In this document: in pieces, positions 1-13,453 of the stretch
Layout: each line of letters starts with the position of its first letter
How positions within the stretch are numbered: the stretch's first letter is position 1
Source of the DNA: Verrucomicrobiota bacterium
Lineage (GTDB): Bacteria; Verrucomicrobiota; Verrucomicrobiia; Limisphaerales; J093
NCBI GenBank assembly: GCA_050012855.1
Contig: JBEKGJ010000007.1
Location: forward strand, 34,241-98,240
Direction of reading: 5' to 3'
Length of the DNA: 64,000 nucleotides
Translations under genes and position numbers: made by a program
The notes under the pieces: generated by a model
What the model was told of the DNA's origin: nothing
The model's database searches: none
The model's input: the letters and a program-made list of their open reading frames with translations, nothing else

Positions 1-1747
1 GGGGTTCTGAACCGGATTCATACCAGATGTCGCGCGCCAGCAGGCGGCCGCCCTCGGTCACGCCGTAGCTGAGTTGGTTGTTCGAGGAAGAGCCGGCAAA
101 GATCGCCACCCGCCCCGGCGCAGACTGGCCGGCGGAGAGGCGTTCCCCGCCCCGCACCTTCACCCCCAGCGCGCAGCCGCCGTGGTTCATGTTCCGCAAC
201 TCGACATTGGCCAGTTCGACGCCATCCACGAAAAACCCGACGCGTTGGGCGGCGTCCACGTTGGGCTGTTCCATGTAAATGCGGGCGCCGGGCTGGTCGC
301 ACTTTTCGATCACGATGCCGTCGGCGCGCTTGGTGCCGTTAACCTCCAAATCCCGCAACGTCGCCCGCGATGGTCCGGCCAGGCGCAACACGGGTCCAGT
401 GCTCGGGCCAGTCCAAACCAGCCGTGTGCGCACACCATCCCCGACCAACTGGAGATCCCGGCCCGCCGGGATGGTCAAGGTTTGGGCGACGCGGAAGTCC
501 CCGGCCGGCAGATGCACGACCGCGTGTTGCCCGTCGAGCTTGCCAGCCTCATCCACAGCCCGCTGGATCGCCTCGTCTGTGGCCCCCGGCGGCACCTCGA
601 TGACGGACCGGTGCCGGTTGGGTGGCGTGCCCGGCAGCTCGGGCAGCGTCTCCTTGAGCGCGTCGAAGGGGACGACTTTGTCATCGAAAGCCAAACGGTT
701 GGTCTTGGCGACGATGGTGGGGTCGCAGGTGAACGTGTTGCCGACCGAGAGCAAACCTGCGTCGGCGCGCAGGCGCACGGCGGGTCCGCGACGGGTTTGG
801 AGGATGTTATCGAGCAGGAGGAGCGGGCCAAGGTTGCCGACTTCGACCAACGTCCCTTGTCCGCCATAGACCGCATTGCCCTGCAGGGTGACAAGGGCGG
901 CAGCCCCGACGGGCTTGCCCACAAAAAAAGCCTTGGACCCCAGCGATGTATTGTTGCGGAACGAGAAGTAGCCCGTGTTGCCAATGCCGATGTCGGCTTC
1001 CCTGGAGCGGCGGAAGAGGCTCTCGAAGACGTGGAAATTGCCGGCGCCGCGCAGGTTCGTCACGCCCAGGCCGCAGTCCTCGAAGACTGAATGCCAGACA
1101 AACCAGTCCAGCGAGTTGAAGTTCTGGATGCTGATGCCGGCAACCGCGCACCGCAGGAACTGGCAACGCAACACCGTCGTCTCGGCAATGCCCTGGCCGC
1201 CGGGAGCGCCGGCCTCGATGCCGATGCCAACGTCGCGGATCACGACATCGAAGAACTCGTTATAGGTGGCGAACGACTTGCCGTGCGCGATGGCGGTGCG
1301 GGCCTTCCCCTGGCCGTCGAAGGTGAGCCGTCCCAGCTTCGAATACCAGGCCCCATAGTCGAGCATCACGCCGTCCGCCGGGCCGTCCCAGCGCAGTGTC
1401 GCGGTCGCCGGATCCTCGCCAATGAATGCGACATCCTTGGACTCGTTGTGCTTCTCGCGGAACAGGACGAGCGTGCGCGTCACACGGTAGGTTCCGGCGG
1501 GGACATACAGGACGAAACACTTCCGGTCCTCGCGGTGCAGGTCGTCGAGCGCTTGTTGCAGGGCGGCGGTATCGTCGGCCCGGCCATCGCCGACCGCGCC
1601 GTAATCCCGTTTCACGTCGGCCCAGTTGGGAAAGGGACCGACGAATTCCTGCGCCGGCTCCGCAGGTCGAGCGGTGGCGGCAAGCCACAGCGATAATGCC
1701 GTCAAGATACCCCAGCTTGCGGTCGGCAACTTCCCGGCTCGGTTCAT
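1..1747 (-). CDS. Secreted beta-helix protein (pectate-lyase-3 / GH28-related family), 3' end cut by window edge
   Basis: Absent from the ORF track because it runs off the window. Manual minus-strand translation from the ATG at 1747 gives MNRAGKLPTASWGILTALSLWLAATARPAEP (signal peptide), then VKRDYGAVGDGRADDTAALQQALDDL, the hallmark N-terminal motif of pectate_lyase_3 beta-helix proteins. A second, degenerate copy follows (ATDEAIQRAVDEAGK...VVHLPAGDFRV). The frame is open to position 1. Confidence 0.7.
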   Translation of the reverse strand, partial: MNRAGKLPTASWGILTALSLWLAATARPAEPAQEFVGPFPNWADVKRDYGAVGDGRADDTAALQQALDDLHREDRKCFVLYVPAGTYRVTRTLVLFREKHNESKDVAFIGEDPATATLRWDGPADGVMLDYGAWYSKLGRLTFDGQGKARTAIAHGKSFATYNEFFDVVIRDVGIGIEAGAPGGQGIAETTVLRCQFLRCAVAGISIQNFNSLDWFVWHSVFEDCGLGVTNLRGAGNFHVFESLFRRSREADIGIGNTGYFSFRNNTSLGSKAFFVGKPVGAAALVTLQGNAVYGGQGTLVEVGNLGPLLLLDNILQTRRGPAVRLRADAGLLSVGNTFTCDPTIVAKTNRLAFDDKVVPFDALKETLPELPGTPPNRHRSVIEVPPGATDEAIQRAVDEAGKLDGQHAVVHLPAGDFRVAQTLTIPAGRDLQLVGDGVRTRLVWTGPSTGPVLRLAGPSRATLRDLEVNGTKRADGIVIEKCDQPGARIYMEQPNVDAAQRVGFFVDGVELANVELRNMNHGGCALGVKVRGGERLSAGQSAPGRVAIFAGSSSNNQLSYGVTEGGRLLARDIWYESGSEP

Positions 1748-2021
1748 GTTTGGGCTCTCCGTGTTCATTGCTTCTTCGTCGCTGGCGTTTTGGCTTCCCG
1801 CATCGCGCTCATTCATGGCGGAATCCGAGTCACGCCGACCGAATTCCACCGGGTTTAGCAAGTCGAAACTCATCCGCGCGCGGCTTCCGGGCTGAACCCT
1901 CCATTCCACCAATCCGTCAGCGCGGGTCGCTTGTCGCCGACTAAACGATCGGCCCCACCAGTCGGCCAGGCCGTTTGGGCGTACGCCCCGCCAGGGACGC
2001 CCGGACCGCTCGCCGGTTTTC

Positions 2022-2558
2022 TCAAGGATGCAACAAACGGAAGAATTCGCTCTGATTGGTCGCCGGCAGGGTGACGATCCGGAAGCCCCCGTTGGTGGTG
2101 CCAGCGGTCGTAACAGCCGTCCAGATATTCGAGGACGTGATCGCGGTCGCGTGCTGCAAAGTGAAATCAGAGTCAGCCGCCGGCCAGGTCACCTGCAGGG
2201 TCGAATTTGAGAACGCGCCGAACCACACGCGGGGGCCGAGCCCCGGGTCGGTCCAACGACCGAAGTTGTAGGCCTGGTAACCGCCGGCCTTCGCGAAGCT
2301 CCCGGCGACGTAGAGCCGCGAGCCGATCGTGAGGGTCGTGTAAACCTGCCCGTCCACACCCGGCAGGCAGAAACGCCGGTCCCAGTTCTCGTCTCCGGTC
2401 GCGGCAAAACAACCCGGAGCCAGCAGGACCAGGCACGCGCCGACCCAGCAAAAAAGCAGCCGCGAGAAAAAGCCCGGCAGTTTCACCGGCGAGATGGATC
2501 GGGGTCTGCTTTCTGACACGACGCAGGAGACGGGGTAACATTCTCCAGGAAGGCTCAT
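2022..2558 (-). CDS. Small secreted hypothetical protein with C-terminal Ig-like/FFRL tail
   Basis: ORF 2022..2702, with an internal Met start at 2558 preferred. Hydrophobic leader LLFCWVGACLVLLAPGCFA; C-terminus ...TLPATNQSEFFRLLHP resembles the tails of other secreted proteins in this window. Start is uncertain. Confidence 0.45.
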   Translation of the reverse strand: MSLPGECYPVSCVVSESRPRSISPVKLPGFFSRLLFCWVGACLVLLAPGCFAATGDENWDRRFCLPGVDGQVYTTLTIGSRLYVAGSFAKAGGYQAYNFGRWTDPGLGPRVWFGAFSNSTLQVTWPAADSDFTLQHATAITSSNIWTAVTTAGTTNGGFRIVTLPATNQSEFFRLLHP

Positions 2559-3045
2559 GAGTTCGAGCCTACTCCGCGGGTCAGCGGCGTCAAGCTTCAC
2601 CCTTGGCTGGTGGTGTCCGAATTTGCCTTGCACGGTGGGGCGAGCGGCCTCGCGAGCCGTCCTTCCCCCGCAACTTGTCGCGGTCCTCCTCTGCTCGCTC
2701 AACTCTCAACCATCAACCATCAACCTGTTTTCGGCTCGTCAGCGCCTCGTCCCACCAAATCAGGACACTGTCCCTTGGCTTATGACCAGGCAGACAGGGT
2801 CGCGCCACCCATCAGCGATCACGCTGGGCCTGGCACGCCCTCGAAGCGCGGCAAATCATTTGGTCCGTCAGAATCTCAATGACGGCATCCCCGCGCTTTC
2901 TCGCGCAGCTTGAGCAACCGTTTGCCCGCGGCGTGCAACGGCGGCGGTCGTTTGGCCAAATGGAACCGGATCGGGTGTTTCGCCGGCGCGCGAAAAAAGG
3001 TTCGAGCCAGGCCGGGCCGCCATGTCGAAACACCCCGGTCGGCCG

Positions 3046-3168
3046 CTATTTCTTGCCTGTCACCTGCTTCGCGGCGACGGCTTGCTGCTTCTTGGTGGCA
3101 GCCGCGTTGGATTTGACCTGCTTTTGTGCCGCTTGCTTGTGAACGGACTTCGGAGACTTGTCGCCCAT
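3046..3168 (-). CDS. Possible 40-aa Lys/Ala/Gln-rich small protein
   Basis: Manual translation gives MGDKSPKSVHKQAAQKQVKSNAAATKKQQAVAAKQVTGKK-stop. Too short for the ORF track. The composition looks non-random, but there is no other support. Confidence 0.25.
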   Translation of the reverse strand: MGDKSPKSVHKQAAQKQVKSNAAATKKQQAVAAKQVTGKK

Positions 3169-3312
3169 AATCAACTTTCTTCAATTCCGACGGTTTACTT
3201 TCCGGCTGGGTAAAGCCGATTGCCGGATATGGGTGATCATAAACGACCTTGGCCGGCACTGCAAACGCTGATTCTCCCCGCACAGGCAGCGTGGTCTGGC
3301 CCGACGGGCGCG

Positions 3313-3480
3313 TCAATCGGGCCAGACCATGCCGGCGAGCTGACTCCCCGCCGCTGCCACCAGCAGTCCGACCAGTGACACACCGACGGGTTTCCAGGTG
3401 GCCTTGGGGTTCAGGAAAAAGAAAATCAGCCCGACCAGCGCGAGTCCCAGCGATTTCGACAGGCACACGGGTCGTGTCAC
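3313..3480 (-). CDS. Possible small two-TM membrane protein, GTG start overlapping the upstream stop (GTGA)
   Basis: C-terminal part of ORF 3313..3696 reads VTRPVCLSKSLGLALVGLIFFFLNPKATWKPVGVSLVGLLVAAAGSQLAGMVWPD, with two hydrophobic helices. The GTG overlaps the stop of the 3477..3848 gene. Confidence 0.3.
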   Translation of the reverse strand: MTRPVCLSKSLGLALVGLIFFFLNPKATWKPVGVSLVGLLVAAAGSQLAGMVWPD

Positions 3481-3848
3481 GGCTGCTTCTCTGACTGCGC
3501 CTCTTTCACGCCCTCGGCGACAGCGCGCGTCACGGTCTTGACGGCGCCCTGCGCGCCCTCGGCCAGATCGTTGATGGCGTCCGTCGCCACGGGCACCTGC
3601 TCGGCCGCCGTGTACCGGGCAACCGCCCCCATGAAGCCGAGCATGGACAGGACACCACCCACAAACAGCAGCGGCATCCCGACAAAAGCGCACCAAAACA
3701 GACGGGGCGGGCCGCCCCCGGCAAAGGCCAGGAAGAAGCTGGCCATGCCAATGATGAGGAGAATAAGACCCACCGCGGCGATGACCGGCCCGGCGATGCG
3801 CAGGAAGGAACGGGCCGCCCCGTGCTTTTCAGTTTGTAGCTTGCTCAT
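3477..3848 (-). CDS. Membrane protein, function unknown
   Basis: 123-aa ORF with hydrophobic spans IAGPVIAAVGLILLIIGMASFFLAF and LFWCAFVGMPLLFVGGVLSMLGFMG. Codon usage is typical of the host. Confidence 0.55.
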   Translation of the reverse strand: MSKLQTEKHGAARSFLRIAGPVIAAVGLILLIIGMASFFLAFAGGGPPRLFWCAFVGMPLLFVGGVLSMLGFMGAVARYTAAEQVPVATDAINDLAEGAQGAVKTVTRAVAEGVKEAQSEKQP

Positions 3849-4342
3849 AATTCAAGTGCAGGCAGTCGGCCTGAGAGCGCGACACTGCGCGCGATTGCCG
3901 CCAACCAAGAGTCTTTTGGCGTGTTCGCCGACATGGGCGCGCAGCCTTCCAACTGGCCGGAATCAGCGACCGCGCGCCAGTGACGTCTGCCGTGGAACTG
4001 AGACGCAACCGCGGGGTTCGATGTATCCGGTTGGCTCGGCGAACAGTCTCTCACAAAACGCCCAATCCGACGAGCAAAACACCCGAACCGATCACCAGGC
4101 TCAAGCCAAAATACAACGGTGCCACGCGGCGACTGGCGGGTCGCGAGCAATCGGTTCACGTTTCATGGTTCCAAGTGTTCAGTGCCAGCCACGCGCGTTG
4201 GAATCTGAGCGAACAATCAAGAGTATAACCCGGTCGCCCGGTGTGCGTCACGGCTTTTCCGCCGGCTTGGCCTCGCCTCCACACACCCCTGCGGCCATCG
4301 CGCTGGCAGCAGAAACGCGCGCTGGCTTGCTGCTGACGGATG

Positions 4343-4432
4343 AGCTTCGTGGCGGCGTTTTCACCGGCCACGACGTAGTCGGTATTCTTGCTCACCGAGC
4401 TGGTGACGCTGCCGCCGGCGGCGGGGGTGAGC
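4343..4432 (-). pseudogene. ligA: Orphan duplicate of the ligA BRCT-coding segment (distal direct repeat)
   Basis: 90 bp, ~93% identical to 4951..5040 inside intact ligA. It translates in frame as [30 protein letters not shown], against [30 protein letters not shown] in ligA. Similarity is lost beyond both ends. Confidence 0.8.
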
Positions 4433-4484
4433 TCTGGAAACGGCCGACCCTGTCGGCTGCCAAAAGGAAGAGTGAGGGCAATCT

Positions 4485-4838
4485 CTACTTGAAGCCGTGC
4501 GTGAGTCCGTAGGCGAACCGCGCCTTTGTTTCCTTCTCTTGCTTAACCAGCTCAGTCTTCGTTGTGGTGATTCGATTGAGATCGCGCTCGTAGTCGTCCA
4601 TTCGCGCCAGTAATTCACCGAACTGCGGCCATTCCCTTATCTCCGAAAGAGCGGCAGTCTGCTTGGGATCGTATAACATGCCCGTATCGCCTTTGATCAA
4701 CGCGAGCTTGTGTTTACACATCTGCTGGAGAACACCGGCTTGGCAGTGGCAAAACACGCGGACGGAATTCTCGGTGGCCTCAAACTCAACGTCGTAGGAG
4801 CCGCCAGTGCTACTTCTCGCGAGCAGGGTGATTCTCAT
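4485..4838 (-). CDS. SWIM zinc-finger protein with coiled-coil-like C-terminus
   Basis: 117-aa ORF. FCHCQAGVLQQMCKHK matches the SWIM signature CxCx(n)CxH. GC is visibly lower than in neighbouring genes. The ATG lies 3 nt after the ligA stop codon (TGA GCC ATG). Confidence 0.7.
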   Translation of the reverse strand: MRITLLARSSTGGSYDVEFEATENSVRVFCHCQAGVLQQMCKHKLALIKGDTGMLYDPKQTAALSEIREWPQFGELLARMDDYERDLNRITTTKTELVKQEKETKARFAYGLTHGFK

Positions 4839-4841
4839 GGC

Positions 4842-8455
<3,614 letters not shown>

Positions 8456-8739
8456 CGAGTATCCGGCCGACCGCCTTGGCTTTCAAGAACCGTCCAGGCA
8501 GGCGTCACCAACTCAGGCCACAAGCCGCCGGCAGCGGGCCGGCCGCGACGAGTCTCTTTTTGCCTTCGAAATCGCACATAACGCCCGTGCTGTGCTCCGG
8601 GCGGCTGGCAATCAGCGCTTGACGGCGTCGGCCCGGCCCCACGAAGTTTACGGCGATGACAGGAGCAGGGATTCGCGGACGGCCGATGGCGTCCTTTCCA
8701 CGCAGCAGGTTCAACGAGCACAAACGGCAATCGCAGTTG

Positions 8740-11700
8740 ATGCGGGTGGCACATTTGATCCTGCTTTGGTCGTTTACGGCCGCGTTTCTCGCACACGCCG
8801 ACCGATTTGACCTCGATCTCAGCGGCGCGTGGCAATACCAGAACGTCGCACAGATCGCCTATCCGCCGCCCGCGGCGTGGCTGCCGACCACGGTTCCCGG
8901 CTATCTCTCGACGACCAACTACGAGCACGCATGGTTCCGCAAAACCTTCGACCTGCCGGCGGTGCCGGCTGGCAACCGGGTGCGCCTGCGCTTCGGCGGC
9001 GTGAAGTTCGCCAGCCAGGTCTGGGTCAACGGCACACCGGTCGGCGGCTATCTCAACGGCTACGAACCGTTCGAGTTCGACGTCACCGCCGCCGCGCGGT
9101 CGGGCGCAAACGAACTGCTGGTGGCGCTGACCGATTGGACCGCCACGTTTTCGTACCACGTTGATTTCAGCAACCTGGCGCCATACGAGAACCCGCGCGA
9201 CCACGCCATGAACGCGCTCCTCGCACCGATCGGCGGCCGTTACGATCTTTACGGCGTCTGGCAGCCGGTCCATGTGCTGAGCGTGCCGGCGGTGGCCACC
9301 GCCGACGTGTTCGTCATGCCGTCGGTGCGCCAGAAACAGCTCACGGCGCGCCTCACGTTGCGCAACGACACCGCCGCGCCCCAGACGGTGGTGGTGCGGA
9401 ACCAAGTGCTCGACGGCGACACCGCGGTGCTCGATTTCCCGCAGCAGAGTCTCACGCTCGCCGCCAGCGCCAGCCAGGAGGTCGAAGTCGCGGCGCCATG
9501 GGCCAATCCGCACCTGTGGAGTCACCTCGATCCGTATCTCTACCAGCTCCGGACCACCTTGGACAACGCGGGTGCGGCGGACGCGGTCACAAACCGTTTT
9601 GGTTTCCGCGAGCTCTGGACCGAGGGCTCCAATTATGTTTTCAACGGCACGCCCATTCACCTGCTGGCGACTGCGACCTGGCCGACGGCCAGCTTCCTGT
9701 CGAGTACACAAATCCAAACGATCTTTGCCGAAGTGAAGGCCGCGCACTGCGTGGCGATGCGGCTCCACACCCAGCCTTGGGATGAGCTTTTTTACAAGGT
9801 GGCCGATGAAACCGGCATTCTCCTCATCGAGGAAAACGCCGTGTGGTGCGACGCCTACTCCTATCGGCTGGCCGACCCGGTGTTTTGGACCAACTACCTC
9901 CAGCACGTCACCGCAGCCATTCGCCGCGACTGCAACCATCCTTCGATCGTGCAATGGAGCCTCGAAAACGAGCTGCTCAGCGTCGGCGGCGCCCTGGCCT
10001 GGACCGGCACCGTCCAGCAACTCGCGCTGCTCGGCGCGCGCGTGAAGGCGCTGGACCCGACGCGGCCGATCACCTACGAATCCGACCTGGATCCCAACGG
10101 CGCCGCCGACGTTCTGGGCCTGCATTACCCGCACGAATACCCCGATTTTGCCTTGTGGCCGAACACGGCGTACTGGATGGACACGCCGATCGCGCGCGAC
10201 TGGATGCCCGGCGGCACCTGGCAGTGGCACGGGGACAAGCCGCTTTATATTGGCGAGTTCCTGTACATCCCCGGCAATTCCGCGGACGGGTTCAGCATCC
10301 TTTTTGGCGATGACGCCTACCGCGACACCGCCACGAAACGCATCCTCGCCAAGTGCTGGACCTGGCAGATGCAGATCGAGGCCTACCGTTCCTATGGCGT
10401 CAGCGGCATCGCGCCCTGGACCATGTTCGAGGACCCGGCAGTCCCGGCTGGCACGCTCGATCTGAATCCGACCCAGAACCAGCTCTATCAGGCGCAGCAG
10501 GCCGCCTATCAACCCAACGCGGTTTTTGTCCAGCCCTACAACCCGCGGTTTTTCGTGGGCGACACGCCCTCGCGAACGCTTTCAATCTACAACGACACCT
10601 TGCAGCCGGGGAACTTCGTCTTGAAGTGGCGCACGGCGGACGGCGCGCCGTGGAATACCCGGCCGTTCAACCTGGCGCCCGCGGCAAAGCGCGTGGAAAC
10701 GGTTTCCGTGCCGACGCCGGCCACACCCGGCGCCTTCCCGTTCCAGATCGAACTCGACAACGGCACGACGCCGGTCTTCACCAACCAGCAGAATTACAGT
10801 GCCTGCGCGCGCCCAACCCTGCGGTTGCCGGCCGGCGTTCGGCTAGGCGTGTACGATCCGCCCGGCGCCAGCCGCACCTTGTTGACACGCCTGGGTGTTC
10901 CCTTTGATCTGGTTACGAACCTCATCACGAACTCTTATGGCCCGTGGAATGTACTCCTGATCGGCCAAGGCGCGCTGACCAACGACAGCAGCTTTCAGGT
11001 GGGCACCAACCTGCCAGCGACGCAATGGGAGCAGTTCGCGGGGCGCGGCGGGTGGATCCTGGTCATGGAACAGGACGTGTACCCGCGCTGGATGCCGCTG
11101 GGAGTGAATATCGAGGGCGTCGGCGCCAACTTCGCCTTCCCCAATCCGAACCACCCATTGGCGCAGGGCCTCGCGGCGGAGGATTTGCGGTGGTGGGCCG
11201 GCGACCACCTGGTGGCGGCCAAGGCCATCCGTGTGCCGGCGCGGGGCAACTTCCGTGTGCCCATCCAGATCGGCTCCAGCCAGGGACTCGAATACGCCGG
11301 CGTGCTCGAGCTGCCGATCGGCCAGGGCGGCCTGCTTTGCTCCCAATTGCTGCTGAACGAAAAGTTCGATGCCGAGCCGATGGCCGCGGCGATGTGGCAG
11401 CGGTTATTCGATTATGTCGCCCCGGCGGCGCCGCACCCGGCCTCGGTGGTAAGCGGGCTGGTGACGGAAACCAATTCGACTGTGGCGGCCGAACTGGCCG
11501 CGCTGGGGCTGGTGAGCGAAGCGCGGCTCGGCCAGTTGACGAACCTCGATGCGCGTACCTGTCCGCTCCTGATCGTCGGTGGCGGCGCGGCCGCGTGGAC
11601 CGACGCGTCGAACCACCTCGACCGGCTGGCCGCGTTCGTCCAGGCGGGCGGGCGGTTGCTGCTGCACCAACCGCCCGATGGTTTTCTGAACGCCGCCGCC

Positions 11701-13077
11701 ACGAGCCTCCTGTCCCAAGTCACCTGGGCCAACGGCCCCGTGGGCCAGGTTCTTCGTCGCGACGGAACCAACCTGGTCGCCCACTTTGCCAACCACGATT
11801 TGCATTGCCTGAGCCAGCCCGGCAACTGGAACCAGCCGGAGGTGCTCTCCACGAATCTGGCCCGCCGCACCTATCAGAAGCGTTTCAGCCTGTCAGCCTA
11901 CGCCATGCTGCACGCCGAAACGATGGCGATCCACAGCAGCGGCGGCGCCGTTGCCGGCGGATGGGAACTGTGGGAAAACGGCTACGTCGGCCAGAATCTC
12001 GTTTTCCCGGCCAGCGGCAGTTACCTCTTCAGCATCACCGCCCGGGGCACCCCGGTCGCCGGCGTTTACCCGCACATGTCGCTCAACCTCGACGGTCAGG
12101 TGCAGGACTCGATCTTCCTTCGGGACAATACCTGGCAAGCCTACACCCTCAGCGCCGACGTCACCGCCGGTTCCCATCTGTTCACCATTTCCTTCGATAA
12201 TGACGCCTATCAACCGCCCGAGGACCGGAACCTCTTCCTCGGCCAGATCCTTTATGGCCTGGACCCGGGGACCAACGGTGTGAACGTGCTGACGAAACCC
12301 GGCATCGTCGCCCAGGCGCCACTGGGCCGCGGGTTGGTCGTGGTGGACGAAATCGCTTGGGACACCGAAACCATGGAACAAGTGAAGACGGGGCGATTGG
12401 CCAGCAGCTTGCTCACGGGCCTGGGGGCGATTCTGGCCGCCCACCCGAGTCTGCGCATCCTTGGCACTGAAATGACCAACGTGGACATCGCCGCCTACAG
12501 CACCAATGGCGGCACGGCCAACCTCAATAGCAACGGACGAATTGAGCTGCCCGTAAATTTCACTTCCACCGGAAATTATCAATTCGACATCCAGGCCAGC
12601 GGCACGCCGGCGATCGGGGTCTGGCCGCTCGTGCAGCTTCGGCTGGATGGCGTGATCCGGCAGACTTTCTCGGTCACCAACACGGCGTTGGGCCACTACC
12701 TCGTCCGGCTGCCGGTCACTGCCGGCCGGCACGTCGTCGCTCTCGCTTTTATCAACGACTACTACGCGCCTCCGCAGGATCGGAATGCGGCGGTGGCGCA
12801 ACTTCTCATCACGCCGGAGCCGCCGCCCCGGTTTTTGAGTCTCAACCTCGACGCCACCAACGGACTGGCCACGCTCACTTGGGAGGCGGTCGTTGGCCGG
12901 ACCTACCAGATTGACGCGCTGGCGCGGTTGGGCGCTCTGGAAATCGGCACCGCGCGCGTGACCAACCTGACCGGCACCGCGCAGAGCTGGACCGACGACG
13001 GCACAGTCACGGGGGCGCCGCCCGGCAGCCCGGCGGCCCCATCGCGCTTCTACTGGCTCGAGGCGCTCACGCCCTGA
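8740..13077 (+). CDS. Large secreted GH2-family glycoside hydrolase with C-terminal carbohydrate-binding-like repeats
   Basis: ORF 8656..13077, with the start preferred at MRVAHLILLWSFTAAFLAHA (signal peptide). GH2 features: sugar-binding motif WFRKTFDLP, NGYEPFEFDVT, and TIM-barrel motif NHPSIVQWSLENE. Two repeated modules (ISFDNDAYQPPEDRNLFLGQI and LAFINDYYAPPQDRNAAVAQL). Tail is SRFYWLEALTP. Confidence 0.85.
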   Translation: MRVAHLILLWSFTAAFLAHADRFDLDLSGAWQYQNVAQIAYPPPAAWLPTTVPGYLSTTNYEHAWFRKTFDLPAVPAGNRVRLRFGGVKFASQVWVNGTPVGGYLNGYEPFEFDVTAAARSGANELLVALTDWTATFSYHVDFSNLAPYENPRDHAMNALLAPIGGRYDLYGVWQPVHVLSVPAVATADVFVMPSVRQKQLTARLTLRNDTAAPQTVVVRNQVLDGDTAVLDFPQQSLTLAASASQEVEVAAPWANPHLWSHLDPYLYQLRTTLDNAGAADAVTNRFGFRELWTEGSNYVFNGTPIHLLATATWPTASFLSSTQIQTIFAEVKAAHCVAMRLHTQPWDELFYKVADETGILLIEENAVWCDAYSYRLADPVFWTNYLQHVTAAIRRDCNHPSIVQWSLENELLSVGGALAWTGTVQQLALLGARVKALDPTRPITYESDLDPNGAADVLGLHYPHEYPDFALWPNTAYWMDTPIARDWMPGGTWQWHGDKPLYIGEFLYIPGNSADGFSILFGDDAYRDTATKRILAKCWTWQMQIEAYRSYGVSGIAPWTMFEDPAVPAGTLDLNPTQNQLYQAQQAAYQPNAVFVQPYNPRFFVGDTPSRTLSIYNDTLQPGNFVLKWRTADGAPWNTRPFNLAPAAKRVETVSVPTPATPGAFPFQIELDNGTTPVFTNQQNYSACARPTLRLPAGVRLGVYDPPGASRTLLTRLGVPFDLVTNLITNSYGPWNVLLIGQGALTNDSSFQVGTNLPATQWEQFAGRGGWILVMEQDVYPRWMPLGVNIEGVGANFAFPNPNHPLAQGLAAEDLRWWAGDHLVAAKAIRVPARGNFRVPIQIGSSQGLEYAGVLELPIGQGGLLCSQLLLNEKFDAEPMAAAMWQRLFDYVAPAAPHPASVVSGLVTETNSTVAAELAALGLVSEARLGQLTNLDARTCPLLIVGGGAAAWTDASNHLDRLAAFVQAGGRLLLHQPPDGFLNAAATSLLSQVTWANGPVGQVLRRDGTNLVAHFANHDLHCLSQPGNWNQPEVLSTNLARRTYQKRFSLSAYAMLHAETMAIHSSGGAVAGGWELWENGYVGQNLVFPASGSYLFSITARGTPVAGVYPHMSLNLDGQVQDSIFLRDNTWQAYTLSADVTAGSHLFTISFDNDAYQPPEDRNLFLGQILYGLDPGTNGVNVLTKPGIVAQAPLGRGLVVVDEIAWDTETMEQVKTGRLASSLLTGLGAILAAHPSLRILGTEMTNVDIAAYSTNGGTANLNSNGRIELPVNFTSTGNYQFDIQASGTPAIGVWPLVQLRLDGVIRQTFSVTNTALGHYLVRLPVTAGRHVVALAFINDYYAPPQDRNAAVAQLLITPEPPPRFLSLNLDATNGLATLTWEAVVGRTYQIDALARLGALEIGTARVTNLTGTAQSWTDDGTVTGAPPGSPAAPSRFYWLEALTP

Positions 13078-13453
13078 TCTCGCTGGGCGTTGAACGGCCC
13101 GCGCCGGACGGGATGGAGGGAGCCATGTTGTCAATATGTGGGACCGCCAATCGGCGACCCTTTCACGCCGGACCGGGTTCGAGCCCGCGAAGGGAATGAT
13201 GCAAATGCGCGACCCCTTGACCAAACCGTTTCCTGATTGTCAATTGTTAGAACCGACCCTTTCACGAAAAGCCCGCTAAACGCTACAGCCATCCCGACGC
13301 GCCGCTGGGTTATTGACGCTGGGCGAGTGACTGGATGGCCGCAGCGGAGGCCGGTTTTGTGTCACGCCAGACGCAGGGCGATGCGGAACGCGGACGGAAG
13401 CTGCTGGCTGAAATCCGCGACGGCGTCGCATCCCGTGCCAGGCCATAACGAGG

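Noticed and set aside
74-1696. Long plus-strand ORFs (74..1090, 1091..1696) covering the first 1.7 kb
   Set aside because: Their products are Arg/Gly/Ala-rich nonsense typical of antisense frames in high-GC DNA. The minus strand encodes a coherent beta-helix protein with a signal peptide. That gene was missing from the track only because it runs off the window.
3850-4342. Coding potential or ncRNA in the ~500-bp gap between the membrane-protein gene and the ligA remnant (ORFs 3845..4159, 3980..4228, 4156..4395)
   Set aside because: The translations are incoherent, and only a 22-codon hydrophobic GTG-ORF appears. The region is probably the decayed old ligA 3' flank. I could not demonstrate residual homology to the present ligA terminus.
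13178-13205. Possible tRNA gene (GGGTTCGAGCCCG T-arm-like sequence)
   Set aside because: Only a 4-bp stem with a 6-nt loop can be formed. No matching acceptor stem, D-arm or anticodon arm could be found in the preceding 70 nt. At best it is a decayed fragment.
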